A DNA stretch of 64,000 nucleotides from an uncultured Chloroflexia bacterium (GTDB lineage: Bacteria; Chloroflexota; Dehalococcoidia; UBA2979): contig CAVSIV010000002.1 of NCBI GenBank assembly GCA_963728205.1, positions 630,976-694,975 on the forward strand. The letters run 5' to 3'. The notes beneath the pieces are model-generated. The model had not been told where the DNA came from. It saw nothing but the letters and a program-made list of their open reading frames with translations, and ran no database searches. Shown here piece by piece: positions 20,180 through 28,668 of this stretch; within the stretch, counting starts at the first letter, position 1, and each line of letters starts with the position of its first letter. A program made the position numbers and the translations under genes.

Positions 20180-21670
20180 TCACAGGATAGGCGGCAGCCC
20201 CGCGCGCTCGGCACGCCAGCGCAGGACGAGTCCGACGGCGCGCGCGGCGCGGTGGATGGTGGGGAACGCGGCGACGCCGGCGCGGTACGCCTGCTGCTGG
20301 AATGCGTCCGTGACGTCGGCCGAGGCGGCGCCCATCCCGCGGTCGCGCTGCAGCGCGACGAACGGCTTCCCGGTCTCGGCCTGCAGCCGAGCGAGGTCGT
20401 CGGCCGCGGCACGCGCCCGCTCGATCGTGCGTCGCTCGGCCTCGGCGGGCGGCAGCTCGTCGACGCCGGCGGCGACGCCGGGACCGCCGCCCGGCCAGCG
20501 ACCGAGCGGCGGGTTCGTGAAGACGACGTCGACGCCGGGCGCGGCGGAGACGATGCGCAGCGTGCGGTCCATCAGCTCGGGGCCGGCGTTCGTGTCGATC
20601 GGGTTGTTCACGCTCGTCCCGGCGACGGGGATGAACTCGCGCAGGCGCGACTTCGTCGCCTCGTCCATCGGGGGAAGGTCGAGCCCGGCGCGCGCGAGCG
20701 CGTCGGCGGAGAGCACGGCGATGCCGCCGCCGCCGCCCACGAGCACGACGCCCGGCCCGGCCACGCGGCGCGCGCCGGTGCCGACCGCGACGACGAGGTC
20801 GTGGAGGTCGTCCATCGTCTCGGCGCGCATGGCGCCGGCCTGGCGGCACATCGCGTCGAAGATCGCGAGCGAGCCTGCGAGCGACCCGGTGTGCGAGCGC
20901 GCGGCGCGTGCGCCGGCGTCGGTGAGGCCGCCCTTGAGGATGATCGTCGGCTTCACCGCGGCGCAGCGCTTCACGGCGTCGAAGAAGCGGCGGCCGCTCT
21001 GCACGCCCTCGATGTAGGCGGTGACGATTTCGGTCTCGGGATCGGCGGCAGCGTACTCGAAGAGCTCCCACGCCTGGACGTCGGCGCCGTTGCCGAAGGA
21101 GACGGCCTTCGAGAACCGCACGCCGCGGCGCGAGAGGCCGTGGATGACGTCGCCGGCGTTGGCGCCGGACTGCGAGATCAGCATCACGTTGCCGGGCTCG
21201 GACGGGAAGCCACCCATGAACGCCAGGCCGCTCGCGGGGACGTAGAGGCCCATGCAGTTCGGACCGATGGCGCGGATGCCGGCGGCGCGCAGCTCCGCAA
21301 TCATGCGGCGCTCGAGCGCGACGAGCTCGGGCTCGCCGGTCTCCGCGAGGCCGGCGGTGAAGAAGTGGATGGAGCGCACGCCCTTCGTGATGCACTGCTC
21401 AACGAGCTCCGGCGCGACGCGCGCCGGGACGAGCGAGATCACGTGATCGACGGAGCCCGGGATGTCGAGGAGGCTGGCGTAGCAGGGGAGGCCGGCGACC
21501 TCGCGCATCTTCGGATTGACCGGGTAGAGCGCGTGGTGCTCCTGGTAGCCCTGCTCGAGCAGCGAGGCGAGGAAGCCGAAGGCCATGCTGCCCGGGCTGG
21601 AGGGGACGCCGACGACCGCGACGGCCTGCGGGTGGAAGATTGGGTCGAGCGGGTGGACGGGGTCGGTCAC
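20180..21670 (-). CDS. Acyl-CoA synthetase (NDP-forming) alpha subunit / CoA-binding protein
   Basis: P..VAVVG, YPVNP, IGPNCMG, SQSG, SFGN..D, SHTGSLAG phospho-His motif, NPID. Confidence 0.9.
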   Translation of the reverse strand: MTDPVHPLDPIFHPQAVAVVGVPSSPGSMAFGFLASLLEQGYQEHHALYPVNPKMREVAGLPCYASLLDIPGSVDHVISLVPARVAPELVEQCITKGVRSIHFFTAGLAETGEPELVALERRMIAELRAAGIRAIGPNCMGLYVPASGLAFMGGFPSEPGNVMLISQSGANAGDVIHGLSRRGVRFSKAVSFGNGADVQAWELFEYAAADPETEIVTAYIEGVQSGRRFFDAVKRCAAVKPTIILKGGLTDAGARAARSHTGSLAGSLAIFDAMCRQAGAMRAETMDDLHDLVVAVGTGARRVAGPGVVLVGGGGGIAVLSADALARAGLDLPPMDEATKSRLREFIPVAGTSVNNPIDTNAGPELMDRTLRIVSAAPGVDVVFTNPPLGRWPGGGPGVAAGVDELPPAEAERRTIERARAAADDLARLQAETGKPFVALQRDRGMGAASADVTDAFQQQAYRAGVAAFPTIHRAARAVGLVLRWRAERAGLPPIL

Positions 21671-21868
21671 GAGGGTTCCTTCAGCTGCGCGTTCCCGGCG
21701 GGGAATCGCGGGCTCGGTCCGGGGCGATTGTACGGGCGGGGACCGTGAGGGGCAGTGGGAGTGTGGTGGTGGTGACGGCAGGACTCAGCGCCTTCACCAG
21801 GCGCCGCGCGAAGCGGGCGCCTGTGCTTCGAGCGGCGTCTGGCCAAAGGCGCTGAGCAGCCGGCGGCG

Positions 21869-23101
21869 TTACGCCTCGGCGGCGGTGGTGAGCCCGGCGA
21901 ACTGCTCGGGGGGGACGTCCCCGGCGGCGAGACGCGCGACCATGTCCGCGGTGCGGTCGACCTCGGCCTCCGTGTTGTACACGTGGAGTGAGAGCCGCAC
22001 GGCGTCGAACTGCTTCACGGAGCGGCAGACAATCTGCCCCTCCGCCTGCAGCCACGCCGAGATCGCGGCGGGATCGTAGCCCGCGACCGAGAAGAGGAAG
22101 AGGCCGCTCCGCGTGTCGTCTCGGGTGGGGCTCACCACGGTCACGCCGTCGATCGCGGCGAAGCGCGCCTCGGCGTGGCGGTTGAGCTCGCGCACGCGGT
22201 CCCACACGGCGTCCGGGCCGGCGGCGAGGTACTGCTCGACGGCGACGGCGGCGCCGGCGATCGCGGGCGACGACATGGTCGAGACCTCGAACTTCGTGAC
22301 CTGGTCGCGGTTCGGCTCGAAGCCGCCGGTGTAGTCGTAGGACGCCGCCGCGCGGCCGCTCACCTTCACGGGGTCGAAGTCGCGGATGCGGTCGCGCCGC
22401 ACGTAGAGCATGCCGACGCCGCCGGGCCCGCACAGCCACTTGTGCGACGGCACGGCGTAGGCGTCGATGCCGAGCGCGTGGACGTCGAGCGGGATGTGGC
22501 CGGCAGTCTGCGCGCCGTCGATCACGACGCTGGCGCCGCGGCGGTGCGCGGCGTCGACGATGGCGCGCACGGGGAGGAGCTGCCCGGTCGAGTAGGAGAC
22601 CTCGGAGAGGATGACGAGCCGGGTGCGGTCGTCGATCGCGCGGTCGAAGGCCTCGGCGACGGCGCCGGGGCCGTCCTGCGCCGCGAGCTGCACGACGCGC
22701 ACCTCGGCGCCGCGGCGCAGTCGCTGGTAGTACGCGGGAACGAGGCCGCTGCCGTGCTCGACGCTCGTCGTGACGACGCCGTCGCCCGGCTGCAGCGCGA
22801 GCCCGTTGACGGCGATGTTCACGCCCTCGGTGGTGTTGCCGGTAAGCGCGATCTCGTCGGGGTCGGCGCCGAGCATGCGCGCGGTGCCGTTGCGCAGGCG
22901 GTCGGCGAGGGCGGCGCGATCCTCGGTGGCGATCTTCGTGGTGGCGCCGTGCTCGAGCTCGAGGTCGATGCGCGCGCGCATGGCGTCGGCGACGGGCGTC
23001 GACATCGCGCCGACCCAGCCACAGTTGAGGTAGGCGTAGCGGCGCGTGACCGGGGTCAGCGCGCGGCGCTCCTCCCAGGCGGCGGCGTGAGCGTCGGGCA
23101 T
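21869..23101 (-). CDS. PLP-dependent aminotransferase class V (cysteine desulfurase/C-S lyase-like)
   Basis: YLN, NTTEG, EH.S, DGAQTAG, HKWLCGP.G, RLSLHVYNT. Confidence 0.9.
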   Translation of the reverse strand: MPDAHAAAWEERRALTPVTRRYAYLNCGWVGAMSTPVADAMRARIDLELEHGATTKIATEDRAALADRLRNGTARMLGADPDEIALTGNTTEGVNIAVNGLALQPGDGVVTTSVEHGSGLVPAYYQRLRRGAEVRVVQLAAQDGPGAVAEAFDRAIDDRTRLVILSEVSYSTGQLLPVRAIVDAAHRRGASVVIDGAQTAGHIPLDVHALGIDAYAVPSHKWLCGPGGVGMLYVRRDRIRDFDPVKVSGRAAASYDYTGGFEPNRDQVTKFEVSTMSSPAIAGAAVAVEQYLAAGPDAVWDRVRELNRHAEARFAAIDGVTVVSPTRDDTRSGLFLFSVAGYDPAAISAWLQAEGQIVCRSVKQFDAVRLSLHVYNTEAEVDRTADMVARLAAGDVPPEQFAGLTTAAEA

Positions 23102-23206
23102 GGCGTCCTCCTTCGACGGCGGCGGCGGGCGCGCGCAGCGTAGCGCCGCCGCGGCCGCCCATGCACACTACGCGCAGCGACGGCGGCGGGAGGGCAGGAG
23201 GGCACG

Positions 23207-24001
23207 ATGGCGACGACCGCGGGCGAGTGGCAACCCGGCCAGTACGCGCGCTTCGCGGACGAGCGCAGCCGGCCGTTCTACGACCTCGCGGGGCTGGTGC
23301 AGCCCGCCGGCGGGATGCGCGCCGTCGATCTCGGCTCCGGCACCGGCGCGCTGACGGCGTGGCTGCACCGCGAGCTGGGCGCGGCCGAGACGCTCGGCGT
23401 CGACGCGTCGGACGCGATGCTCGCGGAGTCCGCGCCCCACGCGGGCCAGGGCGTGCGCTTCGAGCAGGCCGACATCGTCGCGTTCGCCGATGCCTGCGCG
23501 CGCGACGGGCGCACGTTCGACCTGGTGTTCTCGAATGCCGCGCTGCAGTGGGTCGACGACCACGCGTCGCTGTTCCCGCGCGTCGCGGCGCTGGTGGCGC
23601 CGGGCGGACAGCTCGCCGTGCAGATGCCGGCGAACGACGACCACGCCTCGCACGACGTCGCGCGCGAGCTGGCGCACAGCGAGCGCTTCGCCGGGCCGCT
23701 CGGCGGCTACGTGCGGCCGGACCCGGTGCGCACGCCGGAGTGGTACGCGGAGCAGCTGTACGCGCTCGGCTTCGCCGAGCAGCACGTGCGCATGGTCGTC
23801 TACCCGCACGTGCTGGCGGACAGCGAGGGCGTCGTCGAGTGGGTGAAGGGGTCGCTGTTGACCGCGTACCGTCGCCGGCTCGACCCGGCGACGTACGAAA
23901 CCTTCCTCGCCGCGTATCGCGAGCAGCTGCTGGCGCGGCTCGGCGAGCGCGCGCCGTACTTCTACGCGTTCAAGCGCATCCTGCTGTGGGGTCGCCGCTA
24001 G
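23207..24001 (+). CDS. tam: Trans-aconitate 2-methyltransferase-like SAM methyltransferase
   Basis: W.P.QY..F..ERSRPF.DL, DLGSGTG, FSNAALQWV, LAVQMP.N. Confidence 0.85.
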   Translation: MATTAGEWQPGQYARFADERSRPFYDLAGLVQPAGGMRAVDLGSGTGALTAWLHRELGAAETLGVDASDAMLAESAPHAGQGVRFEQADIVAFADACARDGRTFDLVFSNAALQWVDDHASLFPRVAALVAPGGQLAVQMPANDDHASHDVARELAHSERFAGPLGGYVRPDPVRTPEWYAEQLYALGFAEQHVRMVVYPHVLADSEGVVEWVKGSLLTAYRRRLDPATYETFLAAYREQLLARLGERAPYFYAFKRILLWGRR

Positions 24002-24026
24002 GGCGACGTGCCGCCGGCGCGGCGGG

Positions 24027-24785
24027 CTACGCGGAGGCGGCGTCCTTCGCGCCGCCCGGCGTGTCGGCCGTTTCGCCGGCGTCCACCGCCGGGTCGAACA
24101 TGTAGCCGATGCCCGAGAACGTCCGGATCACCGACTGCTCCGGGCGGTCGGGCTCGAGCTTCGCGCGCAGCCGGGAGATCCAGACGCGCAGGTACTGCAC
24201 GTCGTCGCGGTATTCCGGGCCCCACACCTTGCTCAGGATCTCGGCGGAGACCATGACCTTGCCGGCGTTGGAGGCGAGGTGGCGGAGCAGGTTCCACTCG
24301 GTGCGGGTGAGCGGCACGAGCTCGCCGTCCTGGGTCACGATGCGGCGCTCGAGGTCAATCTCGAGGTTGCGCACGCGCACCACCGGCTCCGCGGTCGCGA
24401 CCTGGCGCTGCTCGCGGCGGAGGACGGCGCGCACCCGCGCGCTGAGCTCCTCGGGATTGAACGGCTTGGCGATGTAGTCGTCGGCGCCGAGCTCGAGGCC
24501 GCGCACCTTGTCGGCGTCGCCGCCCTTGGCGGTGAGCAGGATCACGGGGACCTGCGAGTGCTCGCGCAGCCGGCGCATGATCTCGAGACCGGAGACGTCG
24601 GGCAGCATCACGTCGAGCACGATCAGGTCGGGATGCTGCTGCGCGACGATCTGCAGGGCCTCCTCACCGCTCTCGGCGGCGAGCACACGGAACTCCTGCT
24701 CGCTCAGCTCGAGGCGGACGAGCTTCAGAATCGCCGGATCGTCATCGACCACCAGCACGAGGCCGTGCGGAGTACTGGTGAACAT
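24027..24785 (-). CDS. OmpR/KdpE-like response regulator
   Basis: VVDDD, LDVMLP phospho-Asp, GADDYIAKPF, winged helix LT.TE...VWGPEY..LRVWISRLRAKLE. Confidence 0.93.
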   Translation of the reverse strand: MFTSTPHGLVLVVDDDPAILKLVRLELSEQEFRVLAAESGEEALQIVAQQHPDLIVLDVMLPDVSGLEIMRRLREHSQVPVILLTAKGGDADKVRGLELGADDYIAKPFNPEELSARVRAVLRREQRQVATAEPVVRVRNLEIDLERRIVTQDGELVPLTRTEWNLLRHLASNAGKVMVSAEILSKVWGPEYRDDVQYLRVWISRLRAKLEPDRPEQSVIRTFSGIGYMFDPAVDAGETADTPGGAKDAASA

Positions 24786-25079
24786 CCTGGCCCCCCTCCC
24801 GGCACCCACTCGCAACGTTCTCCACGGTACCCGACGTTGCAACGGAAACGGCCGGGGCAGTCTTGCAAATCCATCACGTCCTCGTCCGCGGGGCCGAGGC
24901 ATCGCCGCCGCGTGCCCGGCCCCGCAGGAAGCTCGCGTGCGCGCAAAGCAAGGGATCCGCAAGCAGGTGGGGTGACACTACCGGCAGCAAGGCGCAGGGC
25001 CGGGCATGCCGGCTCAGAGACGACGACGACAGCGGTGTCGAGCCCCCGGCAGCGCGCAGCACGAATGGAGCGAGGAACG

Positions 25080-25304
25080 ATGGCGCGGACCGCGACGCGG
25101 AGCAAGCAGTGCACGCACCACTGGCTGATCGACGGGCCGGAGGGACCCGAGAGCCGCGGCCGCTGCACCGAGTGCGGCGCCGAGCGCACCTTCCAGAACT
25201 CGCCGGCGCGGCCGTCGTTCGACCGCTCGCTCGGCACGATGGGCCGGTACCGGAGCGCCGTGCGCTCGTCGGTGCGGGAGGAGATCCGGCTGTCGGACGA
25301 ATAG
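25080..25304 (+). CDS. Small putative Zn-ribbon protein (CxHHW...CxxC), 74 aa
   Basis: MARTATRSKQCTHHWLIDGPEGPESRGRCTECGAERTFQNS; GAGG RBS; hidden at the 3' end of shadow ORF 24279-25304. Confidence 0.7.
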   Translation: MARTATRSKQCTHHWLIDGPEGPESRGRCTECGAERTFQNSPARPSFDRSLGTMGRYRSAVRSSVREEIRLSDE

Positions 25305-25553
25305 CCGCGGCACCGCCGCTCGCGAGACGACGACCCTGCGCACGCGCCCGGCCCACCCGTCGGGCGCGTCGCTGCGTGCGGGGGAGATCGGGGGCGATCG
25401 CGCGGCGAGCGTCACGCGCACGGGCCGGGAGCGGCGTGGGACGGGCTGTGGCGAGCGCGCCGCGGCCGTTACGCTGTCTCGAACGCCGGCGGGGCGAAGA
25501 CGCAGCACGCAGTGAGGCGGACCTCGACGTGAACGCCGGATGACCGCGCGCCG

Positions 25554-26972
25554 ATGAGCCCGACCGCACGCCGACATCCCCGGCGTCTCGCGTCGCTCGC
25601 GCTGCTGGCTGCGCTGGCCGGCGCATGGCTGCTCCTCTCCGGCGCTGCCCCGGCCGCCGCCGCCACGCTGCAGCCCGGCGACCGCGCGGTCGTGCGGGCC
25701 GACGGCGACTGCCTGCGCCTGCACGCGAGCCCGGCACTCGCGGCGAACACCGTCGCGTGCTTGCCCGAGGGCACGGTGGTGACGGTGCTCGCGGACGGCG
25801 GCGACGCCGACGGCTATCACTGGCTGCAGGTCAGCGGCGGCGGCGCCACCGGCTGGGCCGTCGACGCCTACCTGCAGGCGGTCGCGGTGCAGCCGACCAC
25901 GACCCCCACCGCCGGGCCGACGCCCGCGCCGACCGCCGGCCCGACCGAGACCCCGGTGCCGGTGCCCGGCTCCGCGGCAGCGCTGCCGGTGCCTCCCGTC
26001 GGCGGGCTGACGCTCGGGCTCGCCGGCACGAGCGACCCGGCCGCGCTCGCCGCCGCGCAGACGTTCACTGTCGAGAGCGTGTCCGTCTTCGACGTTGCGA
26101 CGCAGCGCTTCCTCACGTACATCCCCGGCGCCCCGGCGTTCACGAGCTCGCTGAACACGACGAACCTGCGCCCGTCGAGCATTGCGACGATCAAGCGACA
26201 GGGAGCCACCCCGGCCGCAACCACGCCGCCGACCGCAGCGCCGCGGCCGGTGCAGGGGAACGGCAGCGCGCTGCCGACGCCGCTCCCGGGCGGCCTGACG
26301 CAGGGCGTGAGCGGCACGAACAATCCCGCCACGCTCGCGGCCGCGCAGCACTTCGGCGTCGAGACCATCTCCATGCTCGACGTGCCCTCGCAGGCGTGGC
26401 TCGTCTACATCCCTGGTGCGCCCGCCGTCGTGAGCACGCTGAACTCCGGAACCCTCGACGTCGGCGCGGTCGTGACAATCAAGAGCAGCGGCGGCGGCTC
26501 TCCATCGCCGGCACCGACCCCGACCGCCCCGCCGGGCGGCACGCCGGTGGGCGGCTACACGCCCGCGCCCCCGTCGACCGCGACGGCGGTGCCGGGACCC
26601 GCGGGCAACGAGGCCGCCACGCAGTCGGGCGGCAACGTCACGACGGCCGCTGCCACGACGACGGTGCAGATCACCTACTACTACTGCGCGGCCGGAACGA
26701 ACCTCTCAGGCGTCGGCGACGGCGGCGGCTTCTGCGGGACCACCGCGACCGGCGAGCCCGTGCACCGTGGCACGGCGTCGTGCGCGCCGTCGCTGCTCGG
26801 CCAGCGGTTCACGATCGCGGGCGACCCCGACCACCTCGTCTACACGTGCGGGGATACCGGCGCGGCGGTCCAGGTCGGCGAGCGGGACATCTGGTTCCCC
26901 GACAGCGACACGGGATACGCGTGGTGGCGCGTGGTCGGCCCCACGGCCGAGATCGCGGTCGTCGCGGCCTAG
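25554..26972 (+). CDS. Secreted protein: SH3b + two ~70-aa internal repeats + Cys-rich 3D-like C-terminal domain
   Basis: Signal peptide; DCLRLH..P...GT.V.V...W..V....GWA SH3b pattern; Pro/Thr linkers; C-terminal DTG..RDIWF. Confidence 0.8.
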   Translation: MSPTARRHPRRLASLALLAALAGAWLLLSGAAPAAAATLQPGDRAVVRADGDCLRLHASPALAANTVACLPEGTVVTVLADGGDADGYHWLQVSGGGATGWAVDAYLQAVAVQPTTTPTAGPTPAPTAGPTETPVPVPGSAAALPVPPVGGLTLGLAGTSDPAALAAAQTFTVESVSVFDVATQRFLTYIPGAPAFTSSLNTTNLRPSSIATIKRQGATPAATTPPTAAPRPVQGNGSALPTPLPGGLTQGVSGTNNPATLAAAQHFGVETISMLDVPSQAWLVYIPGAPAVVSTLNSGTLDVGAVVTIKSSGGGSPSPAPTPTAPPGGTPVGGYTPAPPSTATAVPGPAGNEAATQSGGNVTTAAATTTVQITYYYCAAGTNLSGVGDGGGFCGTTATGEPVHRGTASCAPSLLGQRFTIAGDPDHLVYTCGDTGAAVQVGERDIWFPDSDTGYAWWRVVGPTAEIAVVAA

Positions 26973-27020
26973 ATCGCCCGTTTCCGATGACGCGGGCAGC
27001 CGCGCCGCCGCCGGGGCGTG

Positions 27021-27503
27021 TCAGGCGCGCGAGGCTGCCTCGTCCGACTCCATCGCCCCGCGCTGCACGGCCGCGACCGCCGCGATGCGCTCCAGCGCGT
27101 CGGTCATCGTGTCGAGCTCATCGCCGAGGCCGGCGGCGACGCGTTCCAGGAACGGCCGCGTCGTCTCCGAGAGTCCGCCCACGAGCACGTCGCCATCCGG
27201 CGAAAGCGTGAGCGGCTCGCGGCGGCGGTCGTCCGGGTGATGGGCTCGCGCGACGAGGCCGCGCTCCTCCAGCTTGATGATCAGGCCGCTCGTGGTCGAC
27301 ATCGTGGTGCCGAGCGTGCGCGCGAGCTCGGCGGTCGTGATGCCGGGACTGTTGCGGATCTGGAAGAGCACGCGAAGCTGTGGGAGCGTGAGGCTGGACC
27401 GCTCCCACATGCGCAGGCGCAGGTTGTCGATCTCCCGGAGCGCAGCCCAGTAGGCGCGGCGGAAGCGCAGGGTGCGGTCCGGCGGCGGCGCGTCTCGCTT
27501 CAC
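27021..27503 (-). CDS. MarR-family transcriptional regulator
   Basis: LTLPQLRVL, ELA..LG...ST.SGLI.KLEERGLV.R..PDDRR; GGAG RBS. Confidence 0.9.
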   Translation of the reverse strand: MKRDAPPPDRTLRFRRAYWAALREIDNLRLRMWERSSLTLPQLRVLFQIRNSPGITTAELARTLGTTMSTTSGLIIKLEERGLVARAHHPDDRRREPLTLSPDGDVLVGGLSETTRPFLERVAAGLGDELDTMTDALERIAAVAAVQRGAMESDEAASRA

Positions 27504-27715
27504 GTGGACTCCTCGCGACTGAGGCCGCCGGCGGCGACCGGCTGCGATATATTGTACGGCAACACCGGACGGTCTGTGTCAGCCAATCCCGGCGTCCCGG
27601 CAACGCCTTACAAGTTCATGCACTTTTTCCGTCGGGACATGTAAGGATCCTCACACCCGCCGGTCTACACATGTGAAGGGCCGCATCGACACACCTGTTG
27701 ATTCGGGGGTCACCC

Positions 27716-28531
27716 ATGTCGTCTGTCATCGTCGTCGCCGAGCCCGACCCTGCGCGGCGGACCGATATCGCGCGGGCGCTCGTGGCCGCGGAGTTCAGCG
27801 TGATCGAGGCCGGCGACGGGATGCACGCGCTCCGCGAGGTGTTCTCATCACGGCCGGCGGCCATCGTCATGGAGCTGAACCTCCCGCTGCTCGGCGGACT
27901 GGAGCTCATCCGCGTGCTGCGGGCGGCCTCGGACCTGGCGATCCACGTGGTGATCGACGGCGCGACGCCGGCACTGGCCGCGCGGGTACTCGACACGGGG
28001 GCCGACGACGCCATCGCGCGGCCCGCGCCGGCCGTGGAGCTGGTGGCGCGTGTGCGCGCCGCACAGCGCCGGATCCAGCGCGTCGCCGGGCGAGAGCAGG
28101 CCGGCGGCGACCTCGTGCGCACCGGCTCGCTGGTGATCGACCGCGAGGCGCAGACGGTGAAGCGGCACGGCGTGACGGTCGCGATGACGCGCACGGAGCA
28201 CCTGCTGCTGGACGCGATGGCGCGGCGGCTCGGGCAGGTGTGCCCGCACCGCTATCTGCTGACGGCCGTCTGGGGCGGCGAGTACGTCGACGACACGCAC
28301 TACCTGCGCGGCTACATCGCGTCGCTGCGCGCGAAGCTCGAGGACGAGCCATCTCAACCGCGCCTGCTGCTCACGGAGTGGGGGATGGGCTACCGCCTGG
28401 CGGCGGTGCCGGTCGAGGACGCGGCGGTGGACGACGGCGCGCCGACGGGCCGCGAGTGGTCCGGCGAGCGGTCGCTGCCGCCCGATCTCGACGGCTTCGA
28501 CGCGCTCGACGAAGAGGCCGTCGCGTCGTAA
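27716..28531 (+). CDS. Atypical OmpR/KdpE-like response regulator (pseudo-receiver)
   Basis: Intact winged helix (VWGGEY.DDTHYLRGYIASLRAKLE..GMGYR); receiver reads VAEPD, IVMELNLP, IARP. Confidence 0.85.
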   Translation: MSSVIVVAEPDPARRTDIARALVAAEFSVIEAGDGMHALREVFSSRPAAIVMELNLPLLGGLELIRVLRAASDLAIHVVIDGATPALAARVLDTGADDAIARPAPAVELVARVRAAQRRIQRVAGREQAGGDLVRTGSLVIDREAQTVKRHGVTVAMTRTEHLLLDAMARRLGQVCPHRYLLTAVWGGEYVDDTHYLRGYIASLRAKLEDEPSQPRLLLTEWGMGYRLAAVPVEDAAVDDGAPTGREWSGERSLPPDLDGFDALDEEAVAS

Positions 28532-28668
28532 GGCGAGCGCGAGGCGCGTCTACACATTCTTACAAACTTCGAATGCGCGGGCGGCGGTGGCCGACGAATA
28601 CCCCGGCTGCCGCACCGTAGGCTCGGCCCGGGCCGGGTTTCGAGTGCGCGCGGGAACGGAGGCGGCTC

